A stretch of 64,000 bases of DNA, from assembly GCA_035644195.1 (NCBI GenBank), contig DASQOZ010000015.1:7580-71579 (forward strand). The letters are read 5' to 3'. Both the position numbers and the translations under genes were made by a program. Shown here in pieces: positions 8,724 to 17,040 of the stretch (position 1 is its first letter; every line of letters begins with the position of its first letter). This stretch comes from Candidatus Methylomirabilota bacterium. Lineage in GTDB: Bacteria; Verrucomicrobiota; Verrucomicrobiia; Limisphaerales; UBA11358. Under the pieces are notes generated by a model. It saw only the letters and a list, made by a program, of their open reading frames with translations, did no database searches and was not told the DNA's origin.

Positions 8724-9182
8724 ATGAAAATTCCGATTTTGCATGAGTTCAAAGAATTTGCGATGCGCGGCAACGTCGTTGACCTTGCGGTCGGCGTCAT
8801 CATTGGCGCGGCATTTGGCAAGATTGTCAGCGCAGTTGTGGACGATGTCATCATGCCCCCGATTGGCAAAATCATCGGCAATCTGGATTTCACAAACCTT
8901 TACATTCCGCTCTCGAAGAAAATTGAACAGGCGCAAGCCGCAGGTTCCGCGACAAACGCGGATTACATTTTGCCGCTGGCTGACGCCAAAAAACTCGGGC
9001 CAGTTTTTGCGTGGGGCGATTTTCTGACTGTTTCGCTCAATTTCGTTATCGTCGCATTTTGTATTTTTTTGATGATTAAATTGATGAATACACTGGTGAA
9101 AAAAGAAGCCAAACCGCCGCTGACGCCGACAGAACAATTGCTGGCCGAAATCCGCGATTTGTTGAAAAACAAATCCACTTAG
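8724..9182 (+). CDS. mscL: large-conductance mechanosensitive channel
   Basis: '[27 protein letters not shown]' is canonical for MscL. Confidence 0.95.
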   Translation: MKIPILHEFKEFAMRGNVVDLAVGVIIGAAFGKIVSAVVDDVIMPPIGKIIGNLDFTNLYIPLSKKIEQAQAAGSATNADYILPLADAKKLGPVFAWGDFLTVSLNFVIVAFCIFLMIKLMNTLVKKEAKPPLTPTEQLLAEIRDLLKNKST

Positions 9183-9868
9183 TCGCCGCGCAATTTTTTC
9201 AACGCCGCCAGAGCCGCATCGCTCTCGGCGGCTTTTTTACTTTTGCCGCCACCGCGCGCCAATTCTTTTCCGTCATGCAACACGGCACAAATAAATTGCC
9301 GGTCGTGATCTGGTCCTTCGGCAGAAATCAATTGATATTCCGGCGCAACGGGCGATTTGGCCTGCAACAATTCCTGCAACTCGCCTTTTGGATTATCAAT
9401 TCCAGAAATTTCTGCCAGCGCACCAAAGTCATTCGCAAATTCGCGCAAAACAAATTTGCGCGCGGCGTCAAATCCGCCGTCCAAAAAAATCGCGCCGAGC
9501 AATGCTTCAAACGCATCGGCCAAAGCGGAAGCGCGCTCGCGTCCTCCGCTGGTTTCTTCGCCGTGGCTCAATATCAAATGCGCGCCAAGTTCGAGTGAGC
9601 GACCATGCACCGCGAGCGTTTTACGGTTCACCAATTTTGCGCGCGATTTTGTGAGCGGGCCTTCGTCTGAATCCGGAAATTTTTCGTAAAGTTCGCGCGA
9701 CAAAATCAAACCGAGAACGGCGTCGCCGAGAAATTCCAATCGCTGGTTGTGCTCGATTTCTTTACCGCTTTCGTGCGCGACGGACGGATGCGTGAGTGCA
9801 AGACGCAGCAAATTTTCGTCGCGAAAATTATATGCGAGACGTTTTTGAAGTTCAGCAAGCGCGGGCAC
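9179..9868 (-). CDS. rnc: ribonuclease III
   Basis: It has the '[12 protein letters not shown]' signature plus a C-terminal dsRBD. Confidence 0.95.
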   Translation of the reverse strand: MPALAELQKRLAYNFRDENLLRLALTHPSVAHESGKEIEHNQRLEFLGDAVLGLILSRELYEKFPDSDEGPLTKSRAKLVNRKTLAVHGRSLELGAHLILSHGEETSGGRERASALADAFEALLGAIFLDGGFDAARKFVLREFANDFGALAEISGIDNPKGELQELLQAKSPVAPEYQLISAEGPDHDRQFICAVLHDGKELARGGGKSKKAAESDAALAALKKLRGD

Positions 9869-9875
9869 GGGAAAT

Positions 9876-10313
9876 TTATTTTGCTAAATCCAAGAACCTA
9901 TCCATACACGCATGAAAATCAGAAACTGGATTCCTTGGAACAGGTTTGCCCTCTTGAGCGTAAGCCTCTCCCTGCAAAGAATTAAATTCATCGCTTTCGT
10001 TGTTCAAGTTTTGATTTTCTATGGCTTGATAATCATTCCAAATAGCATCAAGGTTGGAAGTCTTCTGTGGATTTGTGAGAATGACTTTCAAAGTAACCAC
10101 TTCATCACGAACGCCATTTTTTGTGGATTTGTAAAAATCCAAAAATCCTTCACTTGGAACGGAAATTTTGAACTTGGCGATAAAGACTGCGAATTTATCT
10201 TTTGCACTCCTGATTCGATTTGTTTTGTCTCTGCGGCTAGTAAAAAAATGAGTGAGCCAGCCACCGATTGCTCCAAAAATAAATCCCATGATGGCTGGTG
10301 GTATGGTCGGCAT
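9876..10313 (-). CDS. hypothetical membrane-anchored protein
   Basis: It has an N-terminal TM segment 'IMGFIFGAIGGWLTHFF', looks AT-rich by eye, and stops 7 nt before the rnc start. Confidence 0.5.
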   Translation of the reverse strand: MPTIPPAIMGFIFGAIGGWLTHFFTSRRDKTNRIRSAKDKFAVFIAKFKISVPSEGFLDFYKSTKNGVRDEVVTLKVILTNPQKTSNLDAIWNDYQAIENQNLNNESDEFNSLQGEAYAQEGKPVPRNPVSDFHACMDRFLDLAK

Positions 10314-10343
10314 GATTTAAGGTGAAAAATGTAATTTTTATCG

Positions 10344-10661
10344 CTATTGTTCGTTGTATCGAAGTCGGACAAATCCTTCTGCTGTTGTCTGTCCGTTAGT
10401 GTCATGGTTTCTGTAATATCGCCATGCCTGACCGCTGGCCTTGTCGAATATGATTGGAGTAAGGTCTGTTGAATTATGGATGTCAAACTCTGTGGTTGCC
10501 GGAGCATTGGTTTCCATGATTGTTACTTCGCCTGTTGCACGATTGCATCGCCATAAGATTTTACCATCTGCGCCTGTGTGGAACTCGTAAGTGTATTGTT
10601 TACCGCATCCAGCCAGCAAAATCGTTCCGATTCCAATCATGAATAATGTTTTTGTTTTCAT
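10344..10661 (-). CDS. hypothetical lipoprotein
   Basis: It has a signal peptide with lipobox 'LLAGC' and looks AT-rich by eye. Confidence 0.6.
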   Translation of the reverse strand: MKTKTLFMIGIGTILLAGCGKQYTYEFHTGADGKILWRCNRATGEVTIMETNAPATTEFDIHNSTDLTPIIFDKASGQAWRYYRNHDTNGQTTAEGFVRLRYNEQ

Positions 10662-10697
10662 AAGTTAGGTATGATTTTCATGGCATATAAAATTTTC

Positions 10698-11285
10698 TCA
10701 TGGCGTTGGCGAAATTATTTCAGCAGCAGAAATTTGTTCAGAAACTTGCGCCACATTTTCATTTTGCACCGCCGGATTCACTCCCTGTTCCAGCAACATC
10801 GCCACGTCGCGCTGGACTTCTTCGAGTTGATCCAGCCGCAGGTTCGGGTCGGCAATCGTGAAAATGTCGCCGGTCTTCGGTTGCTCGTAAATGAACACTC
10901 GTTTGCCGTCGCGGACGATTTGCTCCTTCACTTTCAAAATGCGTTTGCGTTCGAGCATCACGGCGAGGATGTAACCGGCGGGCGCGTAACGCGGATCATT
11001 TTGCCCGATCAATTTTCGCAGCACGGTCTCGGCGGTGTCCTTGTGGATGGCGTCAACGACCGGCGCGGGCGCTTCGTAAATTCCCTGCCAGTGGGAGATG
11101 AAACCTTTGCGTTCACGCGCGCCGTTGCTGAATTGATTTTGCCAGCAGGATTCGCAAATGTCCATGCGGCGCAAATTTTCCGTGTGCTCGTCAAAGAGCA
11201 GCGTGTGCAGCGATTGTTTGTCGGCAAACGGCTGCGCGCAGGATTCACATGCTGACGCGCGCGATTGAATGTTCCATTCGTTCAT
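10698..11285 (-). CDS. conserved hypothetical protein with CxxC...CxxC zinc-ribbon-like N-terminus
   Basis: It carries 'CESCAQPF...CESCW'. ATG at 11285 is preferred over TTG at 11291. Confidence 0.6.
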   Translation of the reverse strand: MNEWNIQSRASACESCAQPFADKQSLHTLLFDEHTENLRRMDICESCWQNQFSNGARERKGFISHWQGIYEAPAPVVDAIHKDTAETVLRKLIGQNDPRYAPAGYILAVMLERKRILKVKEQIVRDGKRVFIYEQPKTGDIFTIADPNLRLDQLEEVQRDVAMLLEQGVNPAVQNENVAQVSEQISAAEIISPTP

Positions 11286-11295
11286 AGGCAAAGGA

Positions 11296-11323
11296 TTTTT
11301 ACACGAATTTCACGAATTGGCAC
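11296..11323 (-). repeat. leader repeat variant GTGCCAATTC-GTGAAATTC-GTGTAAAAA
   Basis: Read on the minus strand, it ends 10 nt before the ATG of 10698..11285. Its terminal GTG-TAAAA matches the other family members. Confidence 0.45.
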
Positions 11324-11348
11324 GAACGAAAAAAATTTGCCGAAATGT

Positions 11349-12740
11349 CTAAATCTCGACGATCTGTTTATATTCCGGAGCGATGACTTCGGCTTTTGGT
11401 TTCATCGCGCGCAATGTTTCCGCGTGAGCGAGGCATTGAGATTCTTCGCCGTGGATGCAGATGATTTTTTTAATGTCGCCGGAAATATGTTGGACGTATT
11501 GCTTCAATTCATTTTTGTCCGCGTGGCCGGAATAGGTGTCGAGTGAAACGACTTTGGCGCGGACTTCGTGTGGCTCGCCAAAAATGTTCACGGGATTTTT
11601 GCCGGACACAATCTGGTCGCCGAGCGTGCCTTCGGCGCAATAACCGATGAACAAAATCAGATTGTTCGCGAAACCGATGTGATTTTTCAAGTGATGCCGG
11701 ATGCGTCCGCCTTCGGCCATGCCCGATGCGCTGATGATAATGGCCGGTTCTTTCAAATCGTTTAATTTCTTCGATTGTTCGGCGTCGCGGATGTAAGTGA
11801 GATTGGACATGCCGAACGGATTTTGTTTCTGCAAAAAATCGTAAGTGGCCTGATTGAAACATTCGGGATGCAGGCGATAAATCTCCGTGGCGTTCACGCT
11901 CAACGGGCTATCCACAAAAATTGGCGCGCGCGGCAATTTGCCCGCGAGCGTAAGTTGGTTCAGCACATAAACGATTTGTTGCGTGCGCCCGACGGAAAAT
12001 GCCGGAATGATGACTTTGCCATTTTGTTTCAACGTGTCGGACACAAGTTTGCAAATGGTTTCATCGGCATCAGTGCGCAGCGCGTGTTCGCGTCCACCGT
12101 AAGTGGATTCGATCTGCAAATAATCCACATTTTCCGTTGGCGCGGGATCGCGAAGAATTTCGTCGTTGCCGCGGCCAACATCACCGCTGAAGAGCCAGCG
12201 AAATTTCTTCCCGTTCTCGTTAAAATCCAAAATCACCTGCGCCGAACCGAGAATGTGTCCGGCATCGCGAAACGTCACAGTCACGCCATCCACGACAAGA
12301 AACGGACGCTCGTAATTGACGGAAACAAATTGCCGCAGCGTTTTTTCCGCATCGGTGATCGTGTAAAGCGGTTCGACGGGCGGCAGATGCTTTTTTGCGC
12401 GTTGCTTGGAAACGAACGCGGCGTCTTCCATTTGGATGTGCGCGGAATCCACGAGCATGATGCTGCACAGGTCGCGCGTGGCGAAGGTGCAATGGATGTT
12501 GCCGGCGTAACCTTGCTTGACGAGGTTCGGCAGATTACCCGCGTGATCCATGTGCGCATGGCTTAAAACGACGGCGTCAATTTGTTTCGGGTCGAATGGA
12601 AAACAACAATTGCGATTGTTGGCTTCTTCGCGATGTCCTTGGAACAGACCGCATTCGAGCAAAAGTTTTTTGCCGTTGATTTCGATGAGATACATCGAAC
12701 CGGTCGTCGTCCGCGCCGCGCCGAAGAAATGGATTTTCAT
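11349..12740 (-). CDS. MBL-fold beta-CASP ribonuclease (RNase J/CPSF-like)
   Basis: It has 'HAHMDHAG', beta-CASP motifs and a C-terminal 'YSGHAD'. The start is taken at 'MKIHFFGAAR'. Confidence 0.85.
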   Translation of the reverse strand: MKIHFFGAARTTTGSMYLIEINGKKLLLECGLFQGHREEANNRNCCFPFDPKQIDAVVLSHAHMDHAGNLPNLVKQGYAGNIHCTFATRDLCSIMLVDSAHIQMEDAAFVSKQRAKKHLPPVEPLYTITDAEKTLRQFVSVNYERPFLVVDGVTVTFRDAGHILGSAQVILDFNENGKKFRWLFSGDVGRGNDEILRDPAPTENVDYLQIESTYGGREHALRTDADETICKLVSDTLKQNGKVIIPAFSVGRTQQIVYVLNQLTLAGKLPRAPIFVDSPLSVNATEIYRLHPECFNQATYDFLQKQNPFGMSNLTYIRDAEQSKKLNDLKEPAIIISASGMAEGGRIRHHLKNHIGFANNLILFIGYCAEGTLGDQIVSGKNPVNIFGEPHEVRAKVVSLDTYSGHADKNELKQYVQHISGDIKKIICIHGEESQCLAHAETLRAMKPKAEVIAPEYKQIVEI

Positions 12741-12846
12741 GGCAAGAAGATGCACGTCCGGTTGGAAAAGTCCAGTTTGCCTCAATGTATTCGCATCGAA
12801 AAACGCTATGGACATCCGCCGTCAATCCGCTAGATTTTACGAGATT

Positions 12847-13113
12847 ATGAAATGTGAAACGACTAACAGCATTTTGACTTTCGTATTGGGTGTGGTGATT
12901 TTGTTGAACGTGCTTTTCGCCCTGCGAACGATCAATTACACGCGCGAATTCCGGTCGCTTCAAATTCAGGCCGCGCAGGATCAAGCCGTTTTGATGCAAA
13001 TCCAGCAGATTCAGTCCATCGGCAACGATGCCATGGTTTACAACCAGAAAAATCCCAATCCCGAATTGACGCGCATTCTCCAGGCAGCCCAAACTAAATC
13101 CGCCGTCAAATAA
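12847..13113 (+). CDS. small single-TM hypothetical protein
   Basis: An ATG at 12847 lies inside the longer ORF 12550..13113. The TM segment is 'ILTFVLGVVILLNVLFAL'. Confidence 0.5.
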   Translation: MKCETTNSILTFVLGVVILLNVLFALRTINYTREFRSLQIQAAQDQAVLMQIQQIQSIGNDAMVYNQKNPNPELTRILQAAQTKSAVK

Positions 13114-13121
13114 TAATTGTC

Positions 13122-13478
13122 ATGAACGATTCAAATCCCACGCAGGCCGAACTTTCGGATCAAATCAGCGCGTTGCAGCGGCAAAGTTTTATTTTATTGC
13201 TCGCGCTCATTGTGGTCAGCGTCACGCTCGCGACTTATTTATATTACCAGTCCCGCGTTATGTCCAAAACCGTGGACGGCGTCAAACCTCAAGCGATGCA
13301 AGTGATTCAAACTTACAAACAAGTCACCGCAAATATAAACCGCCAGCAAATTGAAGCTTTTTTGAATCAAATCACCGCCTATGCTATGGCGCATCCCGAA
13401 TTTCAGCCGGTCTTGAAAAAATATGGATGGAATCCGCCATCCGCTTCGGCAACCAAAACTGCGCCGGTCAAGAAGTAA
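13122..13478 (+). CDS. small single-TM hypothetical protein
   Basis: Its TM segment is 'FILLLALIVVSVTLATYLYY'. The architecture matches the preceding gene. Confidence 0.55.
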   Translation: MNDSNPTQAELSDQISALQRQSFILLLALIVVSVTLATYLYYQSRVMSKTVDGVKPQAMQVIQTYKQVTANINRQQIEAFLNQITAYAMAHPEFQPVLKKYGWNPPSASATKTAPVKK

Positions 13479-13872
13479 CCGGCAATTTCAAACCGCAATT
13501 CGGGCAGAAATTGGATTCCGGAGGAATTTTAATCCCGCAACTGGCACAATTCAGGTGCGCCTGCTTATGGCGCCGATGAATGATCAGGCTTCGAATGTAG
13601 GGAATCCACGTGAAAGCGTAGGCAAAAATAATCACATTATGTTTGTCGTAAAAAATTGCATACAGCAGCAATAACAACGAACCGATAAGGCTTAACCACC
13701 AGAATGCTTGCGGAACGACCACTCGTTTCTTTTTTTCAGTTGCATACCATTGCACCAAAAAACGGGAGAAAAAAATGGTGTTGCCCAACCACCCAATGGT
13801 AGTCCAAAAAACAATTCGATCTATGCCGAGAAATTTGCCGTCATGCCAAAATAAATTCGTCAGCCAGTCCAT
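13468..13872 (-). CDS. lipid-A-disaccharide synthase N-terminal (LAB_N)-like membrane protein with C-terminal zinc ribbon
   Basis: It has 'WLGNTIFFSRFLVQWYATEKKK' and a C-terminal 'CASCG...CPNCG'. The start is taken at 'MDWLTN'. Confidence 0.65.
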   Translation of the reverse strand: MDWLTNLFWHDGKFLGIDRIVFWTTIGWLGNTIFFSRFLVQWYATEKKKRVVVPQAFWWLSLIGSLLLLLYAIFYDKHNVIIFAYAFTWIPYIRSLIIHRRHKQAHLNCASCGIKIPPESNFCPNCGLKLPVTS

Positions 13873-13916
13873 AATTTTTAAAAGTTTAATCTGACCTGTT
13901 GAAAGCGCAAAGCAGA

Positions 13917-14987
13917 TTACTTCGCCATCAACTTTTCGACTTTCGCCTCCAAATCCGCCGTTCCGTGAATATCGCGGACGATTCCTTTGCGATCCACCAG
14001 CCAGGCCGACGGAAGAAAATTCAACGCATAATTTTTGCCGTATTTGTTGTCGCGCCCGCCAAAAAATTGCGGCCATGCTAAATCTTTCTCCTTGATGAAT
14101 CGTTGCGCCAGATTTGTTTCGTCGTCGAAGTTGATGCCGACAATTTCAAATCCGTCTGCATGAAACTTATCGTAAAGTTTTTTCAAATTCGGAACCATCT
14201 CGACACAATGCGGACACCACGTCGCCCAAAAATCCACCAGCACAACTTTATTCGACAACGTCGTCAAATTGACTTCGCGTCCGTCTGTTGCCGTAAATTC
14301 AATTGGCAACGATTTTCCGACAACGTCCAGCCGGCGCAACAAACCTTTGCCCACGTCCGTCAATTCTTTCGGCCCGCCGCTGTTGGCCATCAAATCTGCA
14401 AGCTCGCGCATTTTGGCCAGATCAGCGCTTTCCGCCACTTCACCCAAAATTTCGTAGCCCGCCGGGCCGCTTGGAAATTCCTTCACCAGCGCGCGACCCG
14501 CTTTTTCCAAAGCCGCGTTCATGTCCGCGCCTGAAGCTGACTCCAATTTCAAATCGCGTCCGACCAAATCCAAACGCAATTCATAACGTAATTCCGTCGG
14601 TGCGTTCGTATCCGCGATCAGCGATTGCTCCCGCGCCAGCAAATCATTCAGATGGTTGGTCGCGCCCAAATGCACCGCCATCTGCAACGCCTGGATCTCC
14701 GTCACGCGCGCCCGCGCCGCGTTCGCGTCATCCGGGAATTGCGCGTAAAAACTCCTCGCCTTTTCGGCCAGTGTTACAGACTCGGCGGCGCGGTGGTCGT
14801 CAAATGTCGCAAGTTCCGTTTCCGTCGGTGGATTGGTCATCCACGCCATCGGCGGCGGCGACAATGAAAAATTGGTCAACGATTGCCACGCTTGCGCGGC
14901 GGAGTTGGTTTCGGCGGCGCGAATGTTTGCGGCCAAAAAAAAGAAAACGGCGCCAACCGCCGTCAAAAATAATTTTTTCGATTTCAT
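13917..14987 (-). CDS. secreted TlpA/ResA-like thiol-disulfide oxidoreductase
   Basis: It has a signal peptide and a C-terminal thioredoxin fold 'VLVDFWATWCPHCV'. Confidence 0.85.
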   Translation of the reverse strand: MKSKKLFLTAVGAVFFFLAANIRAAETNSAAQAWQSLTNFSLSPPPMAWMTNPPTETELATFDDHRAAESVTLAEKARSFYAQFPDDANAARARVTEIQALQMAVHLGATNHLNDLLAREQSLIADTNAPTELRYELRLDLVGRDLKLESASGADMNAALEKAGRALVKEFPSGPAGYEILGEVAESADLAKMRELADLMANSGGPKELTDVGKGLLRRLDVVGKSLPIEFTATDGREVNLTTLSNKVVLVDFWATWCPHCVEMVPNLKKLYDKFHADGFEIVGINFDDETNLAQRFIKEKDLAWPQFFGGRDNKYGKNYALNFLPSAWLVDRKGIVRDIHGTADLEAKVEKLMAK

Positions 14988-15000
14988 AAAATCCTGCTCT

Positions 15001-15024
15001 GCGTCTCCGCGCCTCTGCGGTTCA
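15001..15024 (+). repeat. octamer-periodic repeat GCGTCTCC-GCGCCTCT-GCGGTTCA
   Basis: It belongs to the same family as 8093..8116. It lies between the thiS stop and the tlpA-like start, antisense to both. Confidence 0.5.
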
Positions 15025-15034
15025 ATTCAATTAG

Positions 15035-15238
15035 TCAACCGCCGGCCACAATTTTTACAATCTCCAACTTATCATCCGCATTCAATTTGCGCTTGGAAAA
15101 TTCCGACGGCGCGACGGCTTCGCCGTTATGTTCCACCACGACGCTGCGTGGCAACAGTTTTTGCGCGACCAGAAATTCTTCAATCGAGCATGGCAAGTGC
15201 GCTTCTGTCGGCTTTCCATTCGCGATGACTTGACTCAC
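15035..15238 (-). CDS. thiS: ThiS-type sulfur carrier (beta-grasp, C-terminal GG)
   Basis: It is 67 aa with 'VVVEHNGEAV...L...DKLEIVKIVAGG'. The GTG start overlaps the upstream stop (GTGA). Confidence 0.85.
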   Translation of the reverse strand: MSQVIANGKPTEAHLPCSIEEFLVAQKLLPRSVVVEHNGEAVAPSEFSKRKLNADDKLEIVKIVAGG

Positions 15239-16329
15239 GGCAATAATTTCTCCTCGCCTTTGTCCAGCGTCAACGGATTGCCGTTCAACGTGACAATCAC
15301 TTTGTAATCCTGAATATTTTCACAACGGACAAGCACTGATTTGTCACGCAGCTTGATGGTTTTTTGGTCGCCGACCGCGAACGGCACGCCGTTGATGACG
15401 GCCTGGCGCAAATTGCCGATCGCCATGATGCCGGTGAATTTCAAACCTTGCGGCAACACCTTCGGCCCGTAAAGAATTTGCGAGGTCGCCGTCGGCGTTG
15501 CAATCGGCGCAAGATTCGCATCTTCATCAAACATTTCCATTTTTCCATTTTTCACCCAGTTCAAAACGTAATCCGTTCCACCGTCGTGCTCCACGGAAAT
15601 GAGCGTTTTGATTTTTCCGTTCGTGTAGGGATTTTCCAAAATGCGCTTTTGCATTTCAGGCAAGTTTTTCTTCTGCATCAATTTGTAAGCCGTCAATTCG
15701 CAGATCGCCTCCACCGTGTCGCCGTCAATCACATGGCTGTCGGGACGATTTTCGTTGATCCATAAATGCGTGTATTCGTGCGCCGCGACGCTCGTCATTT
15801 CCTCGCGCGTGCGACCGCTCAACATGATGACTTCGTGCGTGCAACTGCCATCAGACGTTTTGCGCGTGCTGGCAAAACCGAACGCGTGCAGACCATTGCG
15901 ACCGCCGCGTTCCGACCAATAATCCACATCGAACAATTTCACCGTCACGTCGGTATATTTCAGCGCGAATTGCGGGCCGTATAAATCCACGACCTCGTCG
16001 CGCGTTTTTTGGAACAAATCTTCCGTTTGCTCCAAAGTCAAAATGACATTCGTTTTATCGAACTTGCAAATGAACCGGCCGTCGGAAGTTTTGATGTGTC
16101 CGTCGCCGTCCTTGACCGGCAAACCGCAAATGGAACAGCGCTCTTTGATTTTTTCGCACTCATCGCAAACGATGCCCCATTTATGTTCCCAAACCTGGCC
16201 GGTCAACGGCTCTTTGCCGCAAACGACGCAGTGATAATTAGCTACGGCAGGATTAAAATAATTCGTTTCGCCGGCGGAAAATGCCCAAACCGCTGAAAAG
16301 AGAAATAAAATGAATGCCAGCCTGCGCAT
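15235..16329 (-). CDS. DA1-like zinc metallopeptidase with LIM-like zinc fingers and signal peptide
   Basis: It has the signal 'MRRLAFILFLFSAVWAFSA' and the fingers 'CVVCG...CDEC...CSICG...DGRFIC'. The peptidase strings 'VAAHEYTHLW' and 'VEAICELTAYKL' parallel plant DA1 'HEMMHAWL' and 'EEGICQVLA'. Confidence 0.65.
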   Translation of the reverse strand: MRRLAFILFLFSAVWAFSAGETNYFNPAVANYHCVVCGKEPLTGQVWEHKWGIVCDECEKIKERCSICGLPVKDGDGHIKTSDGRFICKFDKTNVILTLEQTEDLFQKTRDEVVDLYGPQFALKYTDVTVKLFDVDYWSERGGRNGLHAFGFASTRKTSDGSCTHEVIMLSGRTREEMTSVAAHEYTHLWINENRPDSHVIDGDTVEAICELTAYKLMQKKNLPEMQKRILENPYTNGKIKTLISVEHDGGTDYVLNWVKNGKMEMFDEDANLAPIATPTATSQILYGPKVLPQGLKFTGIMAIGNLRQAVINGVPFAVGDQKTIKLRDKSVLVRCENIQDYKVIVTLNGNPLTLDKGEEKLLP

Positions 16330-16337
16330 GGGAATTT

Positions 16338-16361
16338 TTTACCACAAAGACACCAAGACAC
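16338..16361 (-). repeat. octamer-periodic leader repeat GTGTCTTG-GTGTCTTT-GTGGTAAA
   Basis: Read on the minus strand, it ends 8 nt before the ATG of the DA1-like gene. Confidence 0.55.
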
Positions 16362-16415
16362 AAAGATTCAAAACTCTGGTGGTGACAAACGGATTCATGG
16401 AGTGAGAAAATTTGC

Positions 16416-17000
16416 TTACAAATTAAAACTGAGAATCTTCGCGCCTTTGGGCGGAGAAAAATCCCCAATTTCAGTGGCAAGACCGCTTTTAAGCGCGTCG
16501 TCTGCTGTAAACCAAAACTCGTTGTTTCGAAGATGCGCCCACTGTTCATCCGAGAGTTTAAGATGGGATTTCAAAATAGCGTCCATCCTGCCGTCGTCAA
16601 TTTCGAGAGATTTCAAAACGTCTGCTAATCTGCTCATTGTCATTGCCTGCGGAGCGCATGACGCACGATGAAGCATGAAAGTTGCGTGTCGGCTAACAAC
16701 GCGTCTTTTCGCTGCAAGAAAGCAAACGGTCGCCATTGATTGCACACAGCCGGAATTATAAACAAAAACATCTATAGGCGCAGCTTTTAGAAAATTATAC
16801 ATTGCCGTTCCATCTGCAATCGTTCCGCCAGTTGATTGAACCAGCAAGTGCAAATGCTTATTCGGCTGAGGTTGTTGAGTAACAACCGCAAAGTTGTTAA
16901 AGAATTTTTGCAACGACGCTTGGTCTATCGCGCCAGAGAAAATTCCATAAAAGTCTGGCGGTTGAGGTGGTGGTGCTGGGTTTTGATTTTGTCCGTTCAT
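16416..17000 (-). CDS. ClpP-family (S14) serine protease-like protein
   Basis: 'HLLVQSTGGTIADGTAMYNFL...VYNSGCVQSMA...ATFMLH' has ClpP-like Ser/His context. It is shorter than canonical ClpP and has a Pro/Gln-rich N-terminus. Confidence 0.65.
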   Translation of the reverse strand: MNGQNQNPAPPPQPPDFYGIFSGAIDQASLQKFFNNFAVVTQQPQPNKHLHLLVQSTGGTIADGTAMYNFLKAAPIDVFVYNSGCVQSMATVCFLAAKRRVVSRHATFMLHRASCAPQAMTMSRLADVLKSLEIDDGRMDAILKSHLKLSDEQWAHLRNNEFWFTADDALKSGLATEIGDFSPPKGAKILSFNL

Positions 17001-17040
17001 AATTTTCAGTTGGTTAATAGTTCAGTCAGTTGAAATTTTT

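Noticed and set aside
9179-9182. Overlap of the convergent mscL and rnc stop codons (TTAG)
   Set aside because: The overlap is real (TAG on the plus strand, TAA on the minus strand). It is a trivial consequence of gene packing, and no functional inference is warranted.
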